Shown here in pieces: positions 37,729 to 48,157 of a stretch of 64,000 nt of DNA. The stretch comes from an uncultured SAR86 cluster bacterium. GTDB lineage: Bacteria; Pseudomonadota; Gammaproteobacteria; Magnimaribacterales; AG-339-G14. A program made the position numbers and the translations under genes. The DNA is taken from assembly GCA_902514645.1 (NCBI GenBank), contig CABXRO010000004.1:474-64473 (forward strand), read 5' to 3'. The notes beneath the pieces are model-generated. The model was not told the origin of the DNA. It saw nothing but the letters and a program-made list of their open reading frames with translations, and searched no databases. Numbering within the stretch: the stretch's first letter is position 1; each line of letters begins with the position of its first letter.

Positions 37729-39386
37729 TGAAAACTTTAATTGTATTTGTCTTAACCGTATCTTTTCTAGGTTGTACCTCTTCTGCAACTGAAATTGTTC
37801 GTACATCTGATGGAGATTTACAAGGGTATGAAAAAGAAAATGTAAGCTATTTTTTGGGAATACCTTTTGCTGAACCGCCTGTTGGAAAATTAAGATGGAG
37901 AGCTCCTCAACCCACTCTAGCTTGGGACGGAATTCGTGAGGCAAAAAATTTTGGTCCTGCATGTATGCAACCAACCAACATTGGAAATTCCCTATTTCTA
38001 GAACTTATGCTTGATGGTTTCGGATTGGCTTGGTACGAAAAATTTATCATTAATTTATTGGCATTCATGGACTTAGGATCTGGAACGGAGTATTCAGAAG
38101 ACTGTTTATACTTGAATGTAATAGCGCCAAAAGATGCTAAAAATTTACCAGTCATGTTTTGGATTCATGGAGGCGCTAGTAGGTTTGGCTCGGGCGGTGA
38201 CAGCATATATCTATCTTCAAAATTTGCCGAAAAAGATGTGATACTTATAACAACTAATTATCGTCTTGGATCTTTAGGTTGGTTTGCACATCCAAAATTA
38301 TCCGAGGAATCTGAAAATAATGTTTCAGGAAACTATGGTTCCTTGGACATGATTGCTGCCTTAACTTGGGTGAAAGAAAACATTGAGGCTTTCGGAGGAA
38401 ACCCAAACAGCGTAACGATTTTTGGAGAATCAGCTGGAGGTCAAGCCGTAGGTACACTTCTTGCTTCGCCATTTACAGAAGGACTTTTTCATAAAGCCAT
38501 ATCTCAAAGTGGGTCTGGAATTTACACCACAAGGGAACTAAAGAATGAAACACCTTCACTTTCCGGAGAAGAAATTGGATTGGCTTTAGCTGATCATTTC
38601 GGGGTGAAAAATGATGAAAATACTTTAAATAATCTAAGAGATATTCCAGCTGAGAAATTTGTACAGCTTTCTGATCCCATCAAAGATCAAGAACTTATTG
38701 GGAATATGGCTCAAGTTTCCGATGGATATTATTTTCCTTACAGCTTTCATGAAGCCTACAGAAATGGAACTACGCATAATGTCCCTTACATAACGGGTTT
38801 TAATGCTAATGAAGGAACGTCATTATTTCCCTTAATTTTTTCTAAAGAAATATTTGATCAAAGTACCTCCTCTAAAGATTGGCTTAATGGTTTTTGGCAG
38901 AGTGTTTTTACTGAAGGCACTTATTCAAGCGTACCCAACGAAATAAGAGAATATGAAAAATCTCTAGGATTAGAACCCTACAAAGCCGCAGCTCAAATTT
39001 GGGGTGATATATACTTTGGAGGTCCAGCATACTACGCTGCTCAAAAAAGAAGTGAAGATGATTTGGAAACATATTTGTACTTTTTTTCTCGCTCAGTCCC
39101 TTCTGAAAGGCAAACCCTAGGCGCTACTCATGCTCTAGAGATTGCTTATCTCTTTGGTAGCTTTTTTCCTTTTGTTGCCAAAAATGCTTGGGATGAAGAA
39201 CTCAGCGAGATTATGGTCACCGATTGGACTGACTTTGCAAAATATGGAAAACCTATGGGAAATTGGCCTGAGTTTTCTTCCTCAAGACCGATTGCAAAGA
39301 TATATGGCGATGAAGTTTATGAAAGCAAACTAGATGCCGATGAAGTATTTAAGGCTTTGGCAGAAAATATAAATCTCAATCTTTAA
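37728..39386 (+). CDS. type-B carboxylesterase lipoprotein
   Basis: Lipobox FLGC. EDCLYLNV, oxyanion HGGA and nucleophile FGESAGG. Confidence 0.85.
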   Translation: MKTLIVFVLTVSFLGCTSSATEIVRTSDGDLQGYEKENVSYFLGIPFAEPPVGKLRWRAPQPTLAWDGIREAKNFGPACMQPTNIGNSLFLELMLDGFGLAWYEKFIINLLAFMDLGSGTEYSEDCLYLNVIAPKDAKNLPVMFWIHGGASRFGSGGDSIYLSSKFAEKDVILITTNYRLGSLGWFAHPKLSEESENNVSGNYGSLDMIAALTWVKENIEAFGGNPNSVTIFGESAGGQAVGTLLASPFTEGLFHKAISQSGSGIYTTRELKNETPSLSGEEIGLALADHFGVKNDENTLNNLRDIPAEKFVQLSDPIKDQELIGNMAQVSDGYYFPYSFHEAYRNGTTHNVPYITGFNANEGTSLFPLIFSKEIFDQSTSSKDWLNGFWQSVFTEGTYSSVPNEIREYEKSLGLEPYKAAAQIWGDIYFGGPAYYAAQKRSEDDLETYLYFFSRSVPSERQTLGATHALEIAYLFGSFFPFVAKNAWDEELSEIMVTDWTDFAKYGKPMGNWPEFSSSRPIAKIYGDEVYESKLDADEVFKALAENINLNL

Positions 39387-40325
39387 TCAAAGATTTTTTT
39401 TAAAGAAGCTTATTGCATCTTTTTTACATTGGCGTCTAATAGCCCAGTCACCTCCGGTCTTTGCTCCAAAATGAATTTCGCCTGATTCAAAAATTTTAAG
39501 CCTATCTTCAGGCTGATTCATAACAAGTTTTTCCCCGGAATCAGTTTCATAAGTCATGTTGCCATCTTTTGCTACTGTACAAAATTTTTCTGAGACAGCA
39601 ATAGCATCAGGCCAATGAGTAACTGGATTGATGGAATCAAAACTGTGTTCCCCTCCAGAATAAGAGATTACCGAACTATTACCCCCAGAATTATTTACAA
39701 CTTCTGACATGTGGTGCACTAGAGCCGCTGGCGTGTAATTATCACTCTCTCCAACTAAATTTAAAATTTTTCCAGGATTCCATCTGTTTTCTTCTGGTTT
39801 AATGTAAGTTGCTGGGTAAAACGGTAAACAGCATTTAAATCTTTCGCCTTTAGGTGCTAATTTTTCTGCTAAGGGCTCCCAAAATGAGTAAAAACTTACA
39901 GTTCCTCCTAAACTCCAACCTGTAATACCTATTCTTGACGGATCTATATCCGGATGTCTTGAGACAATCTTTAAAGCCTCAAAAGTGTCAACCATCATCA
40001 TAGCTGCAGTTACAGACATTTGGTCTTCAACAGTCGAAGCTACACCACGAGAATCAAAGCTATGAACCCTAAAAATCGCGTAGCCTGCTTCGAGAAAATT
40101 CAGTATGTGTTCGTGATGATGTCCTGCCCAGTTGTCACTGCCATGAACGCAAAAAATTAAAGGATAAGGCCCTTCCCCTTTTTCGGGAAATATTAACCAG
40201 CCTTGAGCGTCAATTTCTGGCGCTTTATCTAATTCATTTAAAATATGGTAAAACTCAAAAGGATTAGAAGATTTGTATTCTATATACCCTTGTTCGCCAC
40301 TCTTTAACTCTATAGTTTCATTCAT
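39387..40325 (-). CDS. dienelactone-hydrolase-like alpha/beta hydrolase
   Basis: Nucleophile elbow GWSLGG and a C-terminal GGEHSF His region. Its stop codon abuts the convergent gene's stop. Confidence 0.65.
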   Translation of the reverse strand: MNETIELKSGEQGYIEYKSSNPFEFYHILNELDKAPEIDAQGWLIFPEKGEGPYPLIFCVHGSDNWAGHHHEHILNFLEAGYAIFRVHSFDSRGVASTVEDQMSVTAAMMMVDTFEALKIVSRHPDIDPSRIGITGWSLGGTVSFYSFWEPLAEKLAPKGERFKCCLPFYPATYIKPEENRWNPGKILNLVGESDNYTPAALVHHMSEVVNNSGGNSSVISYSGGEHSFDSINPVTHWPDAIAVSEKFCTVAKDGNMTYETDSGEKLVMNQPEDRLKIFESGEIHFGAKTGGDWAIRRQCKKDAISFFKKNL

Positions 40326-40393
40326 TATAAAATAAGAACAATTCCCATCCTCCTTGAGAAGTTACAAGGAAGTTTGGCATAATAATCTACCTT

Positions 40394-41947
40394 TTGTTAA
40401 ACAATTTACAACCTGGAAAGATTTTGAGTGCAAATTTACCCATAGATGAACTTATTAAAATTGCGGTTGATAATAAAGAAGGCGTAATAGCAAGTAATGG
40501 AGCCTTAGTTGTAACGACAGGTAAAAGAACCGGTAGAAGTCCTGCAGACAAATTCATAGTAAATGACGCAATTACTCGTGAAACTGTCAATTGGAACAAA
40601 GATAGTCAACCAGTAGATCCTGAAAAGTTTTCAAAGCTTTGGCAAGAATCAGAAGAATACATAAAGGGAAAAAATATTTTTACCGCTGATTTACATGTTG
40701 GTGCAAGTGACAAACACTATCAACCAGTTCACGTTGAAAATGAATTAGCCTGGCATAACGTTTTCTGTCAAAGCTTATTTATCAAACCAAGCAGTTTCAA
40801 TTCTGCTAAAAAAGATGTTTGGACATTAAGATCTTTGCCTCATTTTGTGTGTAAACCTGAAATACACGGAACAAATTCGGATGGCGTCATCATGGTGAAT
40901 TTTAGCGAAAAGAAAGTTCTCATCTTAGGAATTGCTTATGCGGGAGAAATGAAAAAGTCTATGTTTGGCGTGATGAATTTCATTTTGCCAGACGCAGACG
41001 TCTTGCCAATGCATTGTGCAGCTAATTCTGGAAAGGATGGTGATGTCTCGTTATTTTTTGGTCTATCCGGAACGGGCAAAACTACTCTTTCAGCTGACCC
41101 AGATCGATGGCTCATTGGAGATGATGAGCACGGCTGGGGAAATGGCATAGTGTTTAATATAGAAGGTGGTTGCTATGCAAAGACTGTAGACTTATCCCAA
41201 AAAAATGAACCTGTTATTTGGAATGCCATAAAACATGGCTCAGTAGTTGAAAACGTGATTTTTAATCCTTCTTCTCTAGAAATTGATTACACTGATCAAA
41301 CTCTTACAGAGAATACTCGTGCGGTTTATCCTTTGAGTCATGTTGAACAACACCTCGAAAAGAATTATGGTGGAGAACCAAAAAATATTATATTTCTTAC
41401 TTGCGATTTGACAGGCGTCATGCCGCCAGTATCAATTTTATCTAAAGAAGCTGCCGCTTATCATTTTCTGAGTGGCTACACAGCCAAAGTAGGCTCAACA
41501 GAACTAGGCTCCTCGTCCAAGATAGACTCTACTTTTTCAAATTGCTATGGTGCACCCTTTTTTCCAAGGCCTGCAAAAGTATATGCAGAACTACTCATGA
41601 AAAGGATAGAAGAGTTTGGAAGTAGAGTGTTCATTGTCAATTCTGGCTGGACAGGTGGTTCCTATGGAACAGGAAAGCGCTTTGATATTCCGGTAACTAG
41701 AGCCGTTATAAAAGCCATACAGGACGGTTCAATAAATGATGTTGAAACTGGAAAATTGGATATCATGAATGTAGAAGTTCCTACAAAACTTAATGATGTA
41801 GATACGAAACTTTTGAATCCATCCGAAACATGGTCTAGTAATGATGACTATGTTGCTGCTGCAAAAGTACTAGCAGCTAAATTTAAAGAGAATATTGATA
41901 GTTTTGATATCTCAGACGAAATAAGACAGGCAGGGCCAATTATCTAA
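40394..41947 (+). CDS. pckA: phosphoenolpyruvate carboxykinase (ATP)
   Basis: TTG start. Kinase-1a GLSGTGKTTLS, GDDEHGW and NIEGGCYAK motifs. Confidence 0.92.
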   Translation: MLNNLQPGKILSANLPIDELIKIAVDNKEGVIASNGALVVTTGKRTGRSPADKFIVNDAITRETVNWNKDSQPVDPEKFSKLWQESEEYIKGKNIFTADLHVGASDKHYQPVHVENELAWHNVFCQSLFIKPSSFNSAKKDVWTLRSLPHFVCKPEIHGTNSDGVIMVNFSEKKVLILGIAYAGEMKKSMFGVMNFILPDADVLPMHCAANSGKDGDVSLFFGLSGTGKTTLSADPDRWLIGDDEHGWGNGIVFNIEGGCYAKTVDLSQKNEPVIWNAIKHGSVVENVIFNPSSLEIDYTDQTLTENTRAVYPLSHVEQHLEKNYGGEPKNIIFLTCDLTGVMPPVSILSKEAAAYHFLSGYTAKVGSTELGSSSKIDSTFSNCYGAPFFPRPAKVYAELLMKRIEEFGSRVFIVNSGWTGGSYGTGKRFDIPVTRAVIKAIQDGSINDVETGKLDIMNVEVPTKLNDVDTKLLNPSETWSSNDDYVAAAKVLAAKFKENIDSFDISDEIRQAGPII

Positions 41948-41954
41948 AAATTTT

Positions 41955-43505
41955 ATGGCAAGGTCTTTGGGAGAGGCCTTATCGCTTCTAGCAGATAAGG
42001 GTAATTTAAACCTAGAAAATTCAATTTCTCGCGGGATTGAAAAAGAATCCCTTAGAATTTCTAAAGAAAACACTATTTCAAGTGCTAACCACCCTATTGC
42101 ACTAGGTTCAGCTCTCACAAATAAATACATCACAACTGATTTTTCTGAAGCTTTATTAGAACTTATTACGCCAGCACACTCTTCAGTGGAAAATGTCCTT
42201 AAAAATTTAAATGAAATCTGTAAATTTGTTATGGAGGAAACTTCTGAAACAATTTGGCCAAGTAGCATTCCCTGTAAAATTGAGAATGAAGATTCCATAA
42301 GGCTAGCTAATTACGGAACATCTAATTCTGGACAACTTAAAACGCTTTATAGATCAGGTTTGAGTCACAGATATGGGTCGATGATGCAAACGGTATCTGG
42401 TATTCACTATAACTTTTCCTTTAGCGATGCATTATTTGAAAGCTTAAAAGATGATGAAAATCTCCAAAGCTTCAAAAATAAAAAGTATCTTAGCTTAATA
42501 AGAAATTTTAGGCGTAATGCTTGGATGATCCTTTATCTTTTCGGCTCAAGTCCGGTGGTGCCAAAAACTTTTATCAGCGACAGAAAAAACTTTCTTAAAG
42601 AACTAAATGAAGACGATCTATTTTTAGAGTATGCAACCTGCCTAAGAATGAGTGAATTGGGTTATATGTCTGAAGCTCAAGATAAACTTTACATTGCATA
42701 CAACAATATCGAAGAATATTTAAGAGATTTAAAGAATGCGCTTACAAAAAAACATAAAAGATATGAAGAAGTTGGCCTTATTAAACATGGAAAAAGAATT
42801 CAGATAAATACATCGATAATTCAAATCGAAAATGAATATTACAGTTCCATTAGACCAAAAAGAGTCACGCCACTTGGAGAAAGGCCTATTAATGTTTTGA
42901 GAGATCAAGGCATCGATTATTTAGAAATAAGAGCATTGGACAATAATTCTTTTTTACCTTCCGGTATTGATGAAGATACAAGCTATTTTTTAGAGGCTTA
43001 TTTGATAGGCTGTTTCTTCGATGAAGATAAAAAAGCTTCTCAATCTGAAATAAAAGAACTTTTAGCGAATTGGGAAAATGTCGTTAAGAGAGGAAGAGAT
43101 CCAAAGCTTAAATTACAAAAAAATAAAGAGAAAATAACTATTAAAGATTCAGGAATGCAAGTAATAGACTCTTTAAGAAATATTTTTGAAAAAATGCCTT
43201 CTGAAATGGAGGACTACACCAGGAAGGTTATGAAATCTTTAGATGTTCAAGAAAAAAAGTTGAATGATTCTTCCTTAACGCCATCTGGACAGATTGTTAA
43301 TGACTTGCAAAGTAATAATAAAACTTGGGAAGCATTAAATTTAGAGTTAGCAAAAAGTCATTACGATTCTCTAACAAAGTTTGAAACAGACTTAAATTAT
43401 CTTTCGGAAGAAGCGAAAGTTTCTTTAGAAAAATTTAAGAATTTAGAGAAGCAACAAGAAGAAGAGTTTGAGGTTTATCTTGATAAATTCGTGAACGATA
43501 TATAA
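41955..43505 (+). CDS. gshA: glutamate--cysteine ligase (proteobacterial type)
   Basis: RGIEKESLRI ... HPIALGSALTNKYITTDFSEALLELITP is the family-typical N-terminus. 516 aa. Confidence 0.88.
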   Translation: MARSLGEALSLLADKGNLNLENSISRGIEKESLRISKENTISSANHPIALGSALTNKYITTDFSEALLELITPAHSSVENVLKNLNEICKFVMEETSETIWPSSIPCKIENEDSIRLANYGTSNSGQLKTLYRSGLSHRYGSMMQTVSGIHYNFSFSDALFESLKDDENLQSFKNKKYLSLIRNFRRNAWMILYLFGSSPVVPKTFISDRKNFLKELNEDDLFLEYATCLRMSELGYMSEAQDKLYIAYNNIEEYLRDLKNALTKKHKRYEEVGLIKHGKRIQINTSIIQIENEYYSSIRPKRVTPLGERPINVLRDQGIDYLEIRALDNNSFLPSGIDEDTSYFLEAYLIGCFFDEDKKASQSEIKELLANWENVVKRGRDPKLKLQKNKEKITIKDSGMQVIDSLRNIFEKMPSEMEDYTRKVMKSLDVQEKKLNDSSLTPSGQIVNDLQSNNKTWEALNLELAKSHYDSLTKFETDLNYLSEEAKVSLEKFKNLEKQQEEEFEVYLDKFVNDI

Positions 43506-43551
43506 GGTTTGTTTCTGTTTAATAAAAAATTAATAAGATATTAGGAGAAAT

Positions 43552-44523
43552 ATGAAAGCATATGTCTGTAGAGAATTTGGCCCCGTTGATTCACATAAGG
43601 TCGAAGAAATAGAAGATCCCAGAGCAGAACCAGGAATGGTTGTGATTGACGTTAAAGCTGCAGGAGTCAGTTTTCCAGATGTGTTAATAGTTCAAGGAAA
43701 ATATCAATTTCAACCGCCCTTTCCTTTCTCTCCAGGTGGTGAAATTGCAGGAGTGATTTCCGAAGTAGGTGAAGGTGTCGATGATTGGAAAGAAGGAGAT
43801 CGAGTAATTGCAATGGTAGGCAATGGCGGGATAGCAGAAAAAACTTCCGCTTACGCAGCAACTCTTATGTCATTACCTGAATCGATGGATTTCAAAGATG
43901 GCGCTGCTTTTCCTCTTAACTACGGAACAACTTACTATGCTCTTAAGCAAAGAGGAGAATTAAAGAAAGGTGAGACACTTTTAGTTACGGGTGCAGGAGG
44001 CGGAGTTGGTACAACTGCGATAGAAATTGGTAAAGCGATGGGCGCGAGAGTAATAGCAGCTGCTAGCAATCAGGAAAAATTGGATATTGCTAAAAGGTTG
44101 GGAGCTGACGAAGTAGTGAATTATGGAGATGGCGAGCTTAAAGAAAAAGTAAAAGAATTGACTGACGGCTTGGGTGCAGACGTAATCTATGATGCCGTGG
44201 GTGGTGATATCTTTTTACAATGCATGAGATGCGTAAACTGGAAAGGAAGAGTTCTAGTAATCGGTTTCCCAGCAGGAATTCCAAAAGTTCCAACCAATCT
44301 TGCTCTTCTAAAAGGCTGTTCAATTGTTGGAGTTTTTTGGGGAAGTTTTACTGGGAGAGAACCTGAAGAAAACAACAAAAACTTTGAAGAGCTCTTTGCC
44401 TTGCATGCTCAGGGCAAGATAAAACCTGAAATTACTAAAAGCTATTCTCTCGATGAGGCAGTTAAAGCGATTAAGTCTCTAGAGGATAGAACTGCAACTG
44501 GAAAAGTTGTAATCGAAATGTGA
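43552..44523 (+). CDS. NADPH:quinone oxidoreductase (zeta-crystallin-type MDR)
   Basis: PFSPGGEIAGVI and VTGAGGGVGTTAIEIGKAMGA motifs. Confidence 0.8.
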   Translation: MKAYVCREFGPVDSHKVEEIEDPRAEPGMVVIDVKAAGVSFPDVLIVQGKYQFQPPFPFSPGGEIAGVISEVGEGVDDWKEGDRVIAMVGNGGIAEKTSAYAATLMSLPESMDFKDGAAFPLNYGTTYYALKQRGELKKGETLLVTGAGGGVGTTAIEIGKAMGARVIAAASNQEKLDIAKRLGADEVVNYGDGELKEKVKELTDGLGADVIYDAVGGDIFLQCMRCVNWKGRVLVIGFPAGIPKVPTNLALLKGCSIVGVFWGSFTGREPEENNKNFEELFALHAQGKIKPEITKSYSLDEAVKAIKSLEDRTATGKVVIEM

Positions 44524-44527
44524 AAAA

Positions 44528-44551
44528 GAGGAGGCTAGGCCTCCTCCTTTT
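44528..44551. terminator. bidirectional intrinsic terminator
   Basis: GAGGAGGC (44528-44535) / GCCTCCTC (44539-44546) stem, flanked by an A5 run and CTTTT, between convergent genes. Confidence 0.65.
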
Positions 44552-44563
44552 AAAATTAATTTT

Positions 44564-44980
44564 TTACTCTTTAGGGCCTGGTGCCGTCCACATTCCGCCG
44601 ATTAGAGCAATAAGAATTGCCGCAAAGAAAACAATACCTAGGGGATCAGATGGTATTAAGGATCCGTTTGAGTATCCTGTAGCTCCCATGTTGTCTACAA
44701 ATTGCTGCATGCCTCCAGTTAGCTCTTCGCTAGATTGAGAAGCTGCATATGCCCAATTGTTTACAGCGGAAGATACGTTCCCGTAAGTATTTGCGTTAAA
44801 TGCAACAACGCAAATTGAGATTACTGAATGCATAACTTTGCCAAAAGTATTCGCACCATAAAGATTTGCGTTAGTTACACCTCTAAACATCATCCATAAA
44901 AGAACAACATTTCCAATAAAAAACAATCCGTTCATTTGCATGAGCGAAATGTAAGTTTCGCTTATTTGTGCCATTTCCAT
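44564..44980 (-). CDS. membrane protein of unknown function
   Basis: 138 aa, three predicted TM helices. GGGAGA SD-like sequence upstream. No family recognised. Confidence 0.5.
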   Translation of the reverse strand: MEMAQISETYISLMQMNGLFFIGNVVLLWMMFRGVTNANLYGANTFGKVMHSVISICVVAFNANTYGNVSSAVNNWAYAASQSSEELTGGMQQFVDNMGATGYSNGSLIPSDPLGIVFFAAILIALIGGMWTAPGPKE

Positions 44981-45063
44981 ATTTTTTCTCCCAAAAAAAA
45001 TTAATAAGAATAATTCCCATTAAATATATCTTATTTTTTTATTTTTGAGAATAAGGAAAATTT

Positions 45064-45702
45064 TTAATTGAAAGCTACAATGCTTTCAAGAACTTCTGCA
45101 ATTTTTTCTGGAGTATGTGGCGATTTAAAAAATCCAAAATAATTGCCGCTTGGATCGATTACAGCGAGATTCATGCTGTGATCCATATCGTAATTTGAAT
45201 TATCAGCTCCTACCACTGGTACAAAGGGTAGGGTTAAATCCGTAGCTAACTTATAAATAACTTCAATATTTCCAGTTATTCCGGTAAAAGATGGATTAAA
45301 AGCTAAAGCATATTCTTGCATTTTTTCTGGTGTATCACGATCTGGATCAACCGATATCATTCTAAAATTTACTTTTGAGGATATTTCTTCAGGTAAATTT
45401 GAATTAGCAATAGCCATTTTTTTCATCGTCATGGGACACATATCTGGACAAGAAGCAAAACCAAGAAATAACACATCCCAAGCGCCCATGAGGTCATTTT
45501 TCGAAAAGTTATTACCCCCTTCTATAAGCTCAAAATTGTTTATTTGCCTAGTGCGAACAAGTTTATAAAAACCGATTTGTTTATATTCAGCAGCAGTCAG
45601 TTCCTTTGGTGATACCGTCGTATACACAAAAAGACCTGCAACCATGGAAACAAAGAGCAGACAAGAAACAACAGTTATTCTTATTGATTTGTTGTTACTC
45701 AT
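45064..45702 (-). CDS. SCO1/SenC copper chaperone for cytochrome oxidase
   Basis: N-terminal anchor, CPDMCP (CxxxC) motif and a distal DHS His. Confidence 0.85.
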   Translation of the reverse strand: MSNNKSIRITVVSCLLFVSMVAGLFVYTTVSPKELTAAEYKQIGFYKLVRTRQINNFELIEGGNNFSKNDLMGAWDVLFLGFASCPDMCPMTMKKMAIANSNLPEEISSKVNFRMISVDPDRDTPEKMQEYALAFNPSFTGITGNIEVIYKLATDLTLPFVPVVGADNSNYDMDHSMNLAVIDPSGNYFGFFKSPHTPEKIAEVLESIVAFN

Positions 45703-46598
45703 AATTGTATTGGAATCAATTTATCAAGAGCCATGCAAATAAACAATATTGTCAAAAATACAATAGAGTAAAGAAATAATGGTAAAGCTAGTTTGTTGTC
45801 CCTATCAAAAATTAGGGCAATAGATAAGCCTATAAAAATAAAGTTTAAAATAACTGCACTGAAAAAATAAAATCCACCCAAATAACCAGTTGCAAAGGGA
45901 AATAGTGATGATGCAGCTAATAATATGGAATAGAGAGCAATTTGGATTTTTGTATACTCTGTGCCTTTAACGACTGGCATCATTGGAATTTTTGCAGCTA
46001 CATAATCTTCTTTTCTGTTGATTGATAAAGCCCAAAAATGAGGAGGCGTCCAGATAAAAATTATTAAAACCATCAACAAGGGCATGGCATCTATGGAGTT
46101 AGTAATAGCTGTCCAGCCAAGAAGTGGGGGCATAGCTCCCGCAATGCCTCCAATTACAATATTTTGGGTGCCGGCAAACTTAAGAATTTTGGTATAAAGA
46201 AAAGAGTAAAAAGCCCAGGTAAAAAGAGTCAATAAAAGAGTTAATACGTTTATAAAAACTAGCAACATTAAGGCTCCAACAATTAACAGAGCTAGTGCAA
46301 ATATCTTTGCGTTTGTTACAGAAATCTCTCCCCTAACTATAGGTCTATTTTTAGTTCTCACCATCTTGCTGTCAACTTCAACATCAAGAATTTGGTTAAT
46401 CACAGCACTTGACGAAGCGATCAACCCTATACCCAGTAATCCAAATACTACTTTCATCAAATTTCCCGAAAAACCTTCAGCTAGAAACATCGCTGTTGCA
46501 GAAGTAAGAACAAGTAGATAAATAATCGACGGTTTTGTGAGTTTAAGATATCCAGATAAAGGAAACCTTTGAGATTGTGTTATTACTTCAGTGTTCAC
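45699..46598 (-). CDS. cyoE: protoheme IX farnesyltransferase (heme O synthase)
   Basis: UbiA-family motif DVEVDSKMVRTKNRP, 8-9 TM. Overlaps both neighbours. Confidence 0.9.
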   Translation of the reverse strand: MNTEVITQSQRFPLSGYLKLTKPSIIYLLVLTSATAMFLAEGFSGNLMKVVFGLLGIGLIASSSAVINQILDVEVDSKMVRTKNRPIVRGEISVTNAKIFALALLIVGALMLLVFINVLTLLLTLFTWAFYSFLYTKILKFAGTQNIVIGGIAGAMPPLLGWTAITNSIDAMPLLMVLIIFIWTPPHFWALSINRKEDYVAAKIPMMPVVKGTEYTKIQIALYSILLAASSLFPFATGYLGGFYFFSAVILNFIFIGLSIALIFDRDNKLALPLFLYSIVFLTILFICMALDKLIPIQL

Positions 46599-47583
46599 GT
46601 GACCTTAATCTAGCATAAGATAATCCTAACAATAGGAAAAGAGCACCAAGATTATGAGCTATTGCAACATAAAGTGGAAGCCTATAAATGATATTTGATA
46701 TTCCTAATGCAAGCTGAAGAAAAAGTAGACCTCCTATGAGGCCTGAAATAAAATAGTTTTTTTCTTTTGCATACAAATAAGTTAAAAACAGAAAATACAA
46801 GGTTACTACTAAAGCGCCAAATCTATGAACAAGGTGAATAGCCACCCTTGACTGGTGATCTAATTGGCCACCTAGATAATCAGGTCCTATTCTTTGTGCG
46901 AAGTTCAAACCTTTTACATAATCAGCATCTGGAAGAATTTGTCCCTTACATAATGGAAAATCAGAACAAGCCAAAGCAGCATAATTTGAACTTAGCCATA
47001 CTCCCAGAATTATTTGTGCAATCAGAATTGGAAAAGCAAAATTAAGGGCTTTAAGGGTATTTTTAGATACTGAAAAATAATTTATATTTTCCAAGTTAAT
47101 TTCTTTTAATTTCAAATATGTAAGGAAAATTAAAGTAGTAGTAGCAAAACCTCCAAGCAAATGTGCTGTAACAACTTGAGGCCAAAGTTTCAAGCTAACA
47201 GTAAAATAACCAAGCAATGACTGAAATAAAACCAAAGCAGTCATGATAGCGGTAATTTTTACAATAAAAGAGTTTCTTGGTTTAGAAAAAACTGCAAAAA
47301 GAAAAAGCCCAACGATAAGCAAGCCTAGCGACCCAGCGAAATATCTATGGACTACCTCAGGTACTGCTTTAGCAATTTCAAATTTTCTCTCAGGATAAAG
47401 TTCGTTTGCTAACGAAATTTCAGACTCTGACATTGGCCAGATTGCAAAGCCGTAACAGCCAGGCCAATCTGGACAACCCAAACCTGCATCAACAAGCCTT
47501 GTCCAAGCACCTAACCCCACCACAGTGAAAGCTAGGAATATTCCTAGTAAGGCAATTAATTGAATTTTCTTTAAGTTAGCCAA
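46588..47583 (-). CDS. ctaA: heme A synthase (COX15/CtaA)
   Basis: 331 aa, 8 TM. GCPDWPGCYG motif and conserved His in VHRYFA / VHRFGA. Confidence 0.85.
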   Translation of the reverse strand: MANLKKIQLIALLGIFLAFTVVGLGAWTRLVDAGLGCPDWPGCYGFAIWPMSESEISLANELYPERKFEIAKAVPEVVHRYFAGSLGLLIVGLFLFAVFSKPRNSFIVKITAIMTALVLFQSLLGYFTVSLKLWPQVVTAHLLGGFATTTLIFLTYLKLKEINLENINYFSVSKNTLKALNFAFPILIAQIILGVWLSSNYAALACSDFPLCKGQILPDADYVKGLNFAQRIGPDYLGGQLDHQSRVAIHLVHRFGALVVTLYFLFLTYLYAKEKNYFISGLIGGLLFLQLALGISNIIYRLPLYVAIAHNLGALFLLLGLSYARLRSREH

Positions 47584-48157
47584 TTTTTGAAGCCCTTAAT
47601 AATTTTTTTATATCAGATAAGATTTTTTTTGGATCAATATCTCCCTGGTAAGACAAGATAATATTTCCAAGAGGATCTGCTAGAAGGAATCCTGGTTGAA
47701 TGAAAGGATTTACGCCTGCTTCAGTCATTTTTTTTCTTAATAATTTTAAATTTTTAGCTGATATAGCAGTTAAATTTGTTTCGCTCTGAAAAAGGTTTTT
47801 TACTTTTTCCTGCGTTTTTGATGAAGCTACATAAAAACGCTTTACCCTATCTTTTTCTCTTCCAATGGCAGTATTAATTTGCCTAGAAAAATAAAAAGCT
47901 TCTAGACAATCTTCATTACATCGATCGTCTAGAAAATGTATAATCATCCATTTCCTTTCCATTGAATCAATATTCAAAGGTTGATAGTTTAGTTCAAGCT
48001 CTAGGCTCCCTAAATCAACCGGTGGATCTATCATTTTTCCATAATTAACCATTGCCTTTGGACCAAGTCCTGCGTAATACCAAAAAGTAGATAAAGAAAT
48101 TACCAGAAAAGGAGTTCCAAAAATTATCAACGCTATGAGGAAGCCTTTATTTTTCAT
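47576..48157 (-). CDS. membrane-anchored CxxxC protein of the cox assembly cluster
   Basis: N-terminal TM, then DDRCNEDC (CxxxC) in a thioredoxin-like context. Overlaps both neighbours. Confidence 0.5.
   Translation of the reverse strand: MKNKGFLIALIIFGTPFLVISLSTFWYYAGLGPKAMVNYGKMIDPPVDLGSLELELNYQPLNIDSMERKWMIIHFLDDRCNEDCLEAFYFSRQINTAIGREKDRVKRFYVASSKTQEKVKNLFQSETNLTAISAKNLKLLRKKMTEAGVNPFIQPGFLLADPLGNIILSYQGDIDPKKILSDIKKLLRASKIG

Noticed and set aside
40387-40599. 70-aa antisense ORF across the pckA start
   Set aside because: Antisense to the conserved N-terminus of PEP carboxykinase. It is a Leu/Ser/Thr-rich mirror-frame artefact.
44520-44738. 72-aa plus-strand ORF starting at the qor stop and running through the terminator
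   Set aside because: It spans a clear bidirectional terminator hairpin and is antisense to the 138-aa membrane-protein gene. It has no start context.
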